From positions 96,001 to 160,000 of the IMG/VR virus record IMGVR_UViG_3300047160_009226: a DNA stretch of 64,000 nt; one strand, written 5' to 3'. The notes below the pieces were generated by a model. The model was not told the DNA's origin. It searched no databases and saw nothing but the letters and a program-made list of their open reading frames with translations. The stretch is from a virus (taxonomy: Duplodnaviria; Caudoviricetes). Positions 9,167 to 17,577 of this stretch are shown in pieces. The first letter of the stretch is position 1, and each line of letters begins with the position of its first letter. Position numbers and translations under genes: made by a program.

Positions 9167-9850
9167 CTAATCTAACACCCCAGAGGCATGGCTCTTGCCA
9201 CCCTTAAACCGAATAGAAGAAACAATAGGATCAATCTTCCTAGCAGGACAATTGTACCACCAACATTGAGGACATTTATTAAGGCGAGGGATCAACTCAA
9301 CTAATCCCCTCTTTTGTTGCATAATATCCTGAGCCCATGAATCGGCCTCTTCCACCTCTTTTGACGTCGGATCAATTGTCTCCTGATCTGGATATCCAGG
9401 ATAGCAGCTAACCACTCTAACTTGACCCACCTCCGTAAAAAATCTGAAAACGTGTTGAACCATCAAAATTTGAAGAAACCTCTCAGCCTCAACTGCCTCC
9501 TCATCTCTGGGATCGTATTTCTTATTGCGAATAACCGTAACAACTCCACCAGTCACACTCGTTGAATCCCAGATCACCTGATGTGCTGTTAACAAGAACT
9601 TCCCAGTAGAAAAAGGAATATGAAGCCAAAAACTCTCTCCGTAAGGAAGTGCCTTGATTCCATTATCAGTACTTTCAATAAACACCCACCTGGAATGAAT
9701 TCCAGTAAAAAGAGCTTCATAGATGCTCTGTAATGGATCATAATCGCGTTCTGGCTTAACTCTATTGGTGTTGTTCTGTTCGTCCATCCACATAAACGGA
9801 CACCAGACTGCATCGAAAACACCCTTATCTGTGATCATGCCATTATGCAT
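9167..9850 (-). CDS. Cas4/AddB-like PD-(D/E)XK-fold protein, catalytic motif apparently degenerate
   Basis: N-terminal WCP plus C-terminal CPQCWWYNC give the 1+3 Cys staple pattern; no clear D..DxK motif. Confidence 0.45.
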   Translation of the reverse strand: MHNGMITDKGVFDAVWCPFMWMDEQNNTNRVKPERDYDPLQSIYEALFTGIHSRWVFIESTDNGIKALPYGESFWLHIPFSTGKFLLTAHQVIWDSTSVTGGVVTVIRNKKYDPRDEEAVEAERFLQILMVQHVFRFFTEVGQVRVVSCYPGYPDQETIDPTSKEVEEADSWAQDIMQQKRGLVELIPRLNKCPQCWWYNCPARKIDPIVSSIRFKGGKSHASGVLD

Positions 9851-9872
9851 GATAAACCTCCGTAGTCTGTGT

Positions 9873-9995
9873 CTACTTGAAAACTAAACTGATCCGTTTG
9901 ATTTTCCCGCTAGGATATCCATCAATGATCTTATTATGAAGAGAAACTAACTCCTGTATATGTGTCTGTATAGAATCTATCCCAGAATACTTCAA
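9873..9995 (-). CDS. possible 40-aa small protein
   Basis: The TTG start overlaps the TGA of the upstream gene (TTGA); translation LKYSGIDSIQTHIQELVSLHNKIIDGYPSGKIKRISLVFK fills the intergenic gap. Confidence 0.3.
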   Translation of the reverse strand: MKYSGIDSIQTHIQELVSLHNKIIDGYPSGKIKRISLVFK

Positions 9996-10669
9996 CCTGC
10001 TTGATCTACAATTGAAACCATAGACTCCCTAAACTGACCACAAACTAGCAAATCATCAAGAGTCTCCATTTCATTCACTATGATATCCAGCCAAATCTTT
10101 GGAGAAAGATGGACAATGACATTTTTACCGCCGTAAGATTGCAGGATACTAGCCTCTAGCGGATCGGACTCAATTGCTACGATTGGCCAATTAGGGTTAT
10201 AGATCTTTCCATAGGTCCTTTCAAAAAGGGTCAGTTTTTCAGTCGCCGGAGAAAAAGTCCCATCAGCTGGAAGCTCACTGTTATTCAATAACAAAGGTGT
10301 TCCTAAGAACACCTGAGCTGTATGCCAGATTTCTGTTTTTCTCAAAATGTTAATAATATGGAAGGTTTGCCTTCTTGGTCTAGTAGTCCACAATGAAAAT
10401 AACCATCCTGCTTCTGCCAGTTTATCCAACGCAGGAATAACAGCCATATAACAGTTATCTTCTGTTACATTTAATTCGGAGCGATATGCTACAATATTTT
10501 CGGGATTATAGTGGGCGTTAGCACACCACCTCTCAAATTTACATCTGGCGTCTTTTCCACGAAAATTCATGGCCTTATCACAGAGTGACTTCGTGCAACA
10601 AGGGTGATGTAACTTGTTCTTCGTACCCAACAATGCATCCACATCTATGATCACAAGCTTGTTGTCCAC
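9992..10669 (-). CDS. HAD-superfamily phosphatase-like protein with a Cys-rich insert
   Basis: VIIDVD motif I, LWTTRP motif II, degenerate motif IV (AIESDP). Confidence 0.55.
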   Translation of the reverse strand: MDNKLVIIDVDALLGTKNKLHHPCCTKSLCDKAMNFRGKDARCKFERWCANAHYNPENIVAYRSELNVTEDNCYMAVIPALDKLAEAGWLFSLWTTRPRRQTFHIINILRKTEIWHTAQVFLGTPLLLNNSELPADGTFSPATEKLTLFERTYGKIYNPNWPIVAIESDPLEASILQSYGGKNVIVHLSPKIWLDIIVNEMETLDDLLVCGQFRESMVSIVDQAG

Positions 10670-10705
10670 TCATATTTCCTTTCTGTGCTCTCTAGTTAAA
10701 AACAA

Positions 10706-12841
10706 TCATGGGGCAAAAATTTCCTGAACTGTTCTCCGCCTGTGTCGCTTCGCCTGTCGCGGATCGAATTTAAAATCACGAAAATCCTTCCCTGTCTTGA
10801 ATTTACTTACATGCTCTCGATACTCCTGATTATACTTTAAAAGTTGTTGTTCATGTCTATGCAACCAGATTTCACACTCCTTAACAATCTGAGGGAACAT
10901 CTGATCGACAATCTTCAACATATCAATCATCTCACTCATTTCTTCTTGAGTGGTCAAATCTGTAGCTGCAAACTGAATCTCCATCATAATAAAATTTGGA
11001 TAATTAATAGATACTTTAACATTAAAAAGATAGGGATTATAAGTTTCTCTCTTCGATGGTGCTGGCTCAAATCCAGGAGAATAACCACCGGTTGATTTTT
11101 GACTGGCAATGATCTTCTTGATCTCATTTTCAACCAACTTCCGAACTTCCACCTCCACTGTTTCAGAGAATTCTTTCACAGAACTAGTCATGTAAGTAGA
11201 AAAAGAATTACTCTGTCCAATATTCGCTTCGGCATAAGCCACCAAATCCCCTTTATCCCAGTTCACCTTGAAATTTTTGAATTGATGGATCTCATTTTCA
11301 ATGTCTACCATGAATTTTCGTACTGGACTTGGAGGAATATGCTCGTTTTCATACAACCAATTCGTAGTAACTTTCTTTATCTGATCATATTTACTGTCAT
11401 AATCTCTAAATACTTCGTTACAAAAAGTGTCATATCCATCAGGATCTCCAGCACATAAATTACACTCAATATTAAAGATAAAATTTACATAATCCCCATA
11501 AATATGGTTTCTGACAGGATCCACGTTAATCTCTCTAAAATAAAAATCTTTATCTGAAAGTGCCTCTCTTAAAGATCCTGCACCAGAACCCATATAAAGT
11601 TCAGAGATCTCACTCCCAAACTGATTCTGAGGGATATATACACGCATGTTACCTGACCAAAAAAACACCACCTCGTCGTCATCTTCCTCCCCATCGTAAT
11701 CAACAGAGCAATATATAAATCGATTGCGCCATGCATCATGTATCTGTCGAATTTCATTACGCCGTCGCTCGTTCTCTGCTTCTTGCCCCTTACCAGGGAC
11801 ACCTGTTGTATTACCTCTATCCAAATGATCTTCAAAAAATCGATTAAATAAGGTACTGTCATCACTATCGGAGTAGTCACCCCCTCTTCTCATAAACTCG
11901 TTCATTCTCCATCGATGTCCACCAGTAGTCTCTGCCTGTGTGATTCTTGCCCAATCTTGTACCTGCTCCTTAAAATCTGAACTCGGATTACCATAGACCT
12001 TTGTTTCTGGAATTGCAAGATCAAAACCGTCTGTTTCGTGAGTAAATCGTCGTAAACGTAATCGACTCAAAGGACGAATACCTGGAACATTCCGATCAGG
12101 ATCTGCAAAAATCTCATTTCTACCAGCGACCTGCTTTGGATTCAAAGACCATAAATCTTTATTCTTTACTAAATAAGCAATAGGTCCGCCATGCTTCATT
12201 TCATTAACACAACTATCCCATTCACCACTTCCAGGAGAGTGACACGACCGAATGTCAGGGTAATCTTCTTCTTCATCTCCTTTAAAGTCACTCATGCGAA
12301 TCACATCAAGAGGATGACGCGATATAATAATGGAATAACCATTCGGATCTCGCTCTCCTTGACTTTGACTCCACCAGTTTAAGTACTTTTTTGAGCCGGG
12401 GAGACGTCCCAGAGCCTTCCCTAAGTTAGTATACTGTACTTTTGATGGCGTACCTGGAGGAGCCTTCTCATGAGGAGGGACAACTTTATAAGCCTCTCCT
12501 TTGACCCAATCGATGCCGTCGAACTTTTTAACGCCCTGAGGATCCGTTAATTCCTCCACTGCCTGCTCTACCTCTTTCTGCATTGGACTTCTTAGAGGAA
12601 TTACAGTTCGATATATATTCTTGCCGAAGATATTCATAAAAGGAATCTTGTAATCAAACTTGCTCATTGCTTGTGAAGCAATATCCTGATCAATTGCTTC
12701 GCGTCGAAATAAATCTCGACTAACTACCAACGTACGTGCAAGACGATTAACTCTGGACACCGAAAGAATCCCTTTTATGAGTTCATTCTCTTCATCATCT
12801 CGATTTTTGATTGTAAGTAAGTTTTTCCATTCACAATCCAT
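10706..12841 (-). CDS. large hypothetical phage protein (711 aa)
   Basis: Long ORF. Conserved-looking core SRHPLDVIRMSDF..SCHSPG..IAYLV..RLRLRRF..AIPE..VYG; no function assigned. Confidence 0.8.
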   Translation of the reverse strand: MDCEWKNLLTIKNRDDEENELIKGILSVSRVNRLARTLVVSRDLFRREAIDQDIASQAMSKFDYKIPFMNIFGKNIYRTVIPLRSPMQKEVEQAVEELTDPQGVKKFDGIDWVKGEAYKVVPPHEKAPPGTPSKVQYTNLGKALGRLPGSKKYLNWWSQSQGERDPNGYSIIISRHPLDVIRMSDFKGDEEEDYPDIRSCHSPGSGEWDSCVNEMKHGGPIAYLVKNKDLWSLNPKQVAGRNEIFADPDRNVPGIRPLSRLRLRRFTHETDGFDLAIPETKVYGNPSSDFKEQVQDWARITQAETTGGHRWRMNEFMRRGGDYSDSDDSTLFNRFFEDHLDRGNTTGVPGKGQEAENERRRNEIRQIHDAWRNRFIYCSVDYDGEEDDDEVVFFWSGNMRVYIPQNQFGSEISELYMGSGAGSLREALSDKDFYFREINVDPVRNHIYGDYVNFIFNIECNLCAGDPDGYDTFCNEVFRDYDSKYDQIKKVTTNWLYENEHIPPSPVRKFMVDIENEIHQFKNFKVNWDKGDLVAYAEANIGQSNSFSTYMTSSVKEFSETVEVEVRKLVENEIKKIIASQKSTGGYSPGFEPAPSKRETYNPYLFNVKVSINYPNFIMMEIQFAATDLTTQEEMSEMIDMLKIVDQMFPQIVKECEIWLHRHEQQLLKYNQEYREHVSKFKTGKDFRDFKFDPRQAKRHRRRTVQEIFAP

Positions 12842-13230
12842 AACCCTGAAAGAAGAACTTTAATCTGATAATTACTCAACTGCTTTTTAATCAATCTTAA
12901 TCCACGATTCCCAATTCTTTCCTTTAAATCTTTATGCCATAGAAAGTATTCCTGATTTACTCTCGTACAAAAATCTTTCTTGTCTCCGTAAACTAATAAA
13001 ATAGTGACTGATGGAAGAATAAAAACTAATCCATAATATAGAAACTCATTCTCTTTAACTCGTGCCAGTTCAGACAGGCTAATCTCTACTAATTTTTCTA
13101 CATCCAAAAAATTACTGATCTTACGACGAGATACTCTTATATATCCGGTGCCAATCTGGACGCTTTTCTTGATAACCGAGAAACTCCCAGGTCCCCGATC
13201 CCGGTCGCATAGTAATGCAGTTCTTGCCAT
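12775..13230 (-). CDS. hypothetical protein; true start probably downstream of 13137
   Basis: Fills the gap between two large genes but overlaps both; start uncertain. Confidence 0.4.
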   Translation of the reverse strand: MARTALLCDRDRGPGSFSVIKKSVQIGTGYIRVSRRKISNFLDVEKLVEISLSELARVKENEFLYYGLVFILPSVTILLVYGDKKDFCTRVNQEYFLWHKDLKERIGNRGLRLIKKQLSNYQIKVLLSGLWIVNGKTYLQSKIEMMKRMNS

Positions 13231-15341
13231 GCCACTCTACTCGCTAACCGAGACTTAACAATCGACTCCTCCCCTATCCCTATACCGACCAATCTCGTCA
13301 AAAACTCACCAGCCGAACCATAATCCCCCCGCCGCATCGCCCTGCGGAAACCCAAGATGAAATGTCTGGCAGCCTGCCGATTTTTCCTGCTAGAAGACAC
13401 CTCAGTAAACTTAAACATGGGGTTATTTTTCATGTCATTCTGAAACTTCTGCATCTGCTCATCATCCGTAAAAGTCATCTTGATTCCCTGGTTACCAGGG
13501 AGAACCTCCGTCCGTCCATATTTCTGAAGACCCTTCACTTGCGTCATTGGATTTTCCAGAGTGATACTGGGATTTGGCGTAAAAGCCTGACTGGGATTCG
13601 TCACTGCCGGACCTGTCGTCTGTTGTCCTACCACATCGGCGGCGTTTCTTTCTTGTTCTCTCTTAAGCTTCTGTTTTCGCTGTACTATCGTTGGACGCAT
13701 CATCTCATCGTCAGTTTCAATGGGAATCGTCGTCGTTCCGCCACTTTGAGCACGTCTCCTACGGCCCCCTGTAGCAACCAAGTCACCTCTCCTGCTTGCC
13801 TTGACCTCGACACCACCCTTCTGCAACACCCGGACGATATCCTTCTTCAAATCCGAATCCTGAGTCAGAATCAATACACGTCCGTTGCCGATGTGGTCCA
13901 CCAGGTCAGGCTCCAGCGCTGAATCCCGTAAAACCTCTCGTACACGGTGGAGAATGGGAGGTATTCCTGGTCGTGGTGCATGGAATGGTGCCACCTCATC
14001 GAAGGATTGGGGAACTTGCCCGATCGACCGATCCAGATCCGGGGTTTCGTTCCGCATCAACGCAAAGACCGATTCGAAACGATCGGGTAGATTCGTATCT
14101 AAAATCAACCCAATTCCCTTCGCTCGCTCCATCGTCTTCCCATCGGGATCGTAAGGATTGCCCTTCACATAGTGAATCACCTGATCCGGGTCTCTGTAAA
14201 CCCGAATGAATGCCCAATCACCGTCGTTCTTCCACATAAGTGGACTTCTTAAACTGTTGGCTTCTTGACCGTCTTCATCCAGGGGTCTAATCCATATGGT
14301 ATTTCTGTTGCGTCGGTCAACAATCCCGCTAAAATCAGGCTTTGAATCTTCTCCACGAGATGCTTGATTTTTGAGAAAAATCTCCACCTCGTCACCCACC
14401 AGAATCGCTTCTCGCAAATCCTCAGTGGGCTCGGGGATCGGTCTTACAAACCTAGTCGGAAGCAACTGATTCGCTTGCCTTCGACTTGAAGTTTGTCTAT
14501 TAAACAAAATGTATTCTGTGCTATCTCGCATCACAACATACTCCCCATCAGGCTTCATGCGCTGTATTGGAACATTCTTGACAATCAGCCCGTCATAACC
14601 TTCATGCAGTAACTTCTTAGTAATCTCATCAGGTCTATGAGTGCCAAACTCTTGTTTCAGTTCAGTAAAATAGGCTTTCTCTCCAAGTGTTAATACATAA
14701 GGATTACTCATTGCGATGTTACCACTGATCACCTCGCTTCCATAAGTCTCTGCGATCTCCGGATTATCTGTCCAGTGCTGACCCACTGCAAACTGACTGG
14801 GAATTCTATTTTTTCTTGCCTTAACAGGATCGATCTCAATCCCTCGATAGAGCGTTCCATTAAAAGATTGACCAGTTTCTACAGCTTCTCTTTTCGACGA
14901 TTCTCTTTTTAAGGACTCACCATTTAATCCCACTTTGGCTTTCTTTAACAGTCTTGCCAAATTTTCACTCATGTTTTTATGAGTAGGCTTTATTTTGCTT
15001 AAATTGCGTGCCTTAATCCAGATATAGTGATCATGCTCATTGTCTGCTAAATCAGGCTCTGGCTTAATATCTCCATTAGCTACAAATCCTAAAAACTGAG
15101 CCGCTTTTCCTGCTTTAGTAGGAAAATCAATGCTAAATGGCATAAGATAAATTTCTAACCCTGTCTCCTCGAATACCTCTCGAACTGCTGCAAGTTCTGG
15201 TCTCTCACCCCCATCGATATGTCCGGCTGGAAACTCCCACTTTCCACCGTTACTCGAATCATCCTTGACACGACGGATCATCAAGAGATTGCTATCCCCA
15301 TCTATCACTGCAACAATACTAACCTTATACTCTTCACTCAT
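13137..15341 (-). CDS. multidomain protein: NUDIX hydrolase + ADP-ribosyltransferase-like (ART-PolyVal-type) + uncharacterised domains
   Basis: Perfect Nudix box GHIDGGERPELAAVREVFEETGL, followed by LYRG..GQHWTDNPEIAETYG..NPYVL..GYDGLIV..EYILFN. Confidence 0.8.
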   Translation of the reverse strand: MSEEYKVSIVAVIDGDSNLLMIRRVKDDSSNGGKWEFPAGHIDGGERPELAAVREVFEETGLEIYLMPFSIDFPTKAGKAAQFLGFVANGDIKPEPDLADNEHDHYIWIKARNLSKIKPTHKNMSENLARLLKKAKVGLNGESLKRESSKREAVETGQSFNGTLYRGIEIDPVKARKNRIPSQFAVGQHWTDNPEIAETYGSEVISGNIAMSNPYVLTLGEKAYFTELKQEFGTHRPDEITKKLLHEGYDGLIVKNVPIQRMKPDGEYVVMRDSTEYILFNRQTSSRRQANQLLPTRFVRPIPEPTEDLREAILVGDEVEIFLKNQASRGEDSKPDFSGIVDRRNRNTIWIRPLDEDGQEANSLRSPLMWKNDGDWAFIRVYRDPDQVIHYVKGNPYDPDGKTMERAKGIGLILDTNLPDRFESVFALMRNETPDLDRSIGQVPQSFDEVAPFHAPRPGIPPILHRVREVLRDSALEPDLVDHIGNGRVLILTQDSDLKKDIVRVLQKGGVEVKASRRGDLVATGGRRRRAQSGGTTTIPIETDDEMMRPTIVQRKQKLKREQERNAADVVGQQTTGPAVTNPSQAFTPNPSITLENPMTQVKGLQKYGRTEVLPGNQGIKMTFTDDEQMQKFQNDMKNNPMFKFTEVSSSRKNRQAARHFILGFRRAMRRGDYGSAGEFLTRLVGIGIGEESIVKSRLASRVAWQELHYYATGIGDLGVSRLSRKASRLAPDI

Positions 15342-15364
15342 TCTAAAACACTCTTTGACGATCT

Positions 15365-15586
15365 TTATGTTCTCTTAGTAAGTACTGATTCAGTTATCGA
15401 TTTGATAAAGTCAAGTTGCCTCTTATCCTCAGCTGCAAGAACATCCAAATTATCTTGAATTGGATTTTCTCTACATGCCTCAACAAGATATAACAAACGA
15501 CTTTGATTGCTCAGACTTAATTGAAGTGCTGCAAGTGATGCTCTCAGTTGATTTGCTCGCTCATCTAAGTTCAATTGTTCTTTCAT
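15365..15586 (-). CDS. hypothetical helical protein
   Basis: 73-aa ORF coupled to its neighbours. Confidence 0.6.
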   Translation of the reverse strand: MKEQLNLDERANQLRASLAALQLSLSNQSRLLYLVEACRENPIQDNLDVLAAEDKRQLDFIKSITESVLTKRT

Positions 15587-17577
15587 CGAGCTGTCTGCTC
15601 TTGTGGTCCATACTGGAAAAAAGCATTCAAGTCTTGAATTAATTCTGTAGAAGTCCTATTTACATGATCTTGTAAGAATTCATCATTTGCTTGAAAAATA
15701 GTTGCAACCTGATTTGCGGAGAGCTTGTCTTTTTTCTCTGATAGATTTAACAGGTCAAATGCTTGTCTCAGCGGCCATGACATATCATCAAGAGAAACTC
15801 CTATTAAGAAATTTCTTGATTTTGGAAGAGATGACGTTCGTCCTCTGAATCTCAATCTTCTCCTCAAATCAAAGAGATTCGAAAGTTCCAAAAACTCTTT
15901 CCGATCTAGATCAACCAGGTTGCTACCTTCCTCATCAATGGAAACCATCTGTGTGCTTTGCTGCATTGCCATGTTATGAAGAATCTCAAAATACTTCGGT
16001 GTTAGTCTCTTGCATTCGATGTATAAATAGTCTGCATGTGCTGGTCCTGATCGCCCAATCTTTGCCCATCCGTCATCAACCAAAATGTCATAAGACTCAA
16101 TGTTTTCATATCCCATATCTTGAAGAGCATCTCTGTTTTTTTCTACACAATCCTTATGATCCCGACCACAAGAAAGTATCTTCCCTTCAGGGGATACAAA
16201 CCACGCTCTATCTTCAACCCAAGCCGGTTGTGAAGACCAGTCCGTCTGTGAAGCCATTCGCTTACTCACGATCACCGGCATTCGTCTTACATCACTAGAC
16301 CTCGACATACTTAAAATATCCGATCGATTATGCCATAGAAATTTATTAACATCCTGCATAGAATCAAAAAATTTAAAATCTTTCCACTGCAACTTATTCG
16401 TCTTACCGTCAACAAATAATACTACAGTTGTATTATCCATTATATTCAAGGAGGAGAGTATTTCCTGAACCTTACTAAAAATAGAGCTAGATAAAAAATA
16501 TGATTCTATACTAACTATATGACCACCATAACCAGGATGGACAAAATAACCAATCTTTGTCCACTTATCACCTACCAAAAGATATGCTATCTCATTTTGA
16601 TCAGCATCTGGATCAATTTCTTGAGCAACTTTGAACAATTCTGGATTAGATCCACAACCATCAGGTCCGTCATGCTCATGACCACAGTTATACACTCTCC
16701 CCTCAGGAGAGATTAACCACGCTCTATCGTCACCGGATGCTTTTCTACTTCCCTGTACTCTCAATTCTTTCATTAACTTCGGAACAGAATCAGCTTGTAA
16801 AAATTCATCTCTTGTTAATTCTGCATATCTATCCCCAATATTTATCAAAACAGCCGCGTTTCCTGTTCCAGAGAATAAACTTTGAGCCTCGTCCAGCCCT
16901 TTCTGACTTAATGACTTTGCATCAACAACAAACTCCTTTCCATAGGATGCGATTCGTACCCAACCAAAGTCTTTCACGAGTTTAGGGTTGTTGGTGCCAA
17001 AAATCTCTGGGTGTTCTTTCACAAACTGATCGTGATCATATCCTGCGTCGTGAACTTCACCATAAGGACTGATCCACCATGACCTCTTATTGGGATATAT
17101 CGCTTTCATCCATTCGGATGCTTGCGACGCCATGACAGATGCTCTAATTCCTGTCTGATCTTTGAATAAGTTTTCAAGCAAGTCTATTTGAGAATCTGCC
17201 CAAATGAAATCATGATGAGAAATATACCCAATCTTATTAAGAGTAGAAATGAAAATCTTGTGTTCGCCACCCAGTGACTTATAGATCTGTTGACAGGCTT
17301 CAAGTTGTGCTCTTGTAATGCTATGACAGTGGACTACATACTCATAACCCAAATACGCAACCCTAATCCAATTCAGAGTCAGAGCTTTATTGATGTCAGC
17401 CCATTCCCCGAAGATCTTAGGATGTTCCTTCAGGAACTTGACGTGATTATGCCCTACATCATAGATTTTTCCCTGCGGATCAACCCACCAGGAACGCTTC
17501 TCAGGATGCTTTTCCTTCATGGCGTCCGATGGACTGGTAGCCAATTTCAAGTAGCTGTAATCCGTAGAGACAATCAT
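15583..17577 (-). CDS. protein with four tandem copies of a ~120-aa domain (R-[SA]-W-x2-[SD]-P-x-G..H..W-x-[RK]-[IV])
   Basis: Repeats begin KRSWWVDPQG, KRSWWISPYG, DRAWLISPEG and DRAWFVSPEG. Confidence 0.85.
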   Translation of the reverse strand: MIVSTDYSYLKLATSPSDAMKEKHPEKRSWWVDPQGKIYDVGHNHVKFLKEHPKIFGEWADINKALTLNWIRVAYLGYEYVVHCHSITRAQLEACQQIYKSLGGEHKIFISTLNKIGYISHHDFIWADSQIDLLENLFKDQTGIRASVMASQASEWMKAIYPNKRSWWISPYGEVHDAGYDHDQFVKEHPEIFGTNNPKLVKDFGWVRIASYGKEFVVDAKSLSQKGLDEAQSLFSGTGNAAVLINIGDRYAELTRDEFLQADSVPKLMKELRVQGSRKASGDDRAWLISPEGRVYNCGHEHDGPDGCGSNPELFKVAQEIDPDADQNEIAYLLVGDKWTKIGYFVHPGYGGHIVSIESYFLSSSIFSKVQEILSSLNIMDNTTVVLFVDGKTNKLQWKDFKFFDSMQDVNKFLWHNRSDILSMSRSSDVRRMPVIVSKRMASQTDWSSQPAWVEDRAWFVSPEGKILSCGRDHKDCVEKNRDALQDMGYENIESYDILVDDGWAKIGRSGPAHADYLYIECKRLTPKYFEILHNMAMQQSTQMVSIDEEGSNLVDLDRKEFLELSNLFDLRRRLRFRGRTSSLPKSRNFLIGVSLDDMSWPLRQAFDLLNLSEKKDKLSANQVATIFQANDEFLQDHVNRTSTELIQDLNAFFQYGPQEQTAR

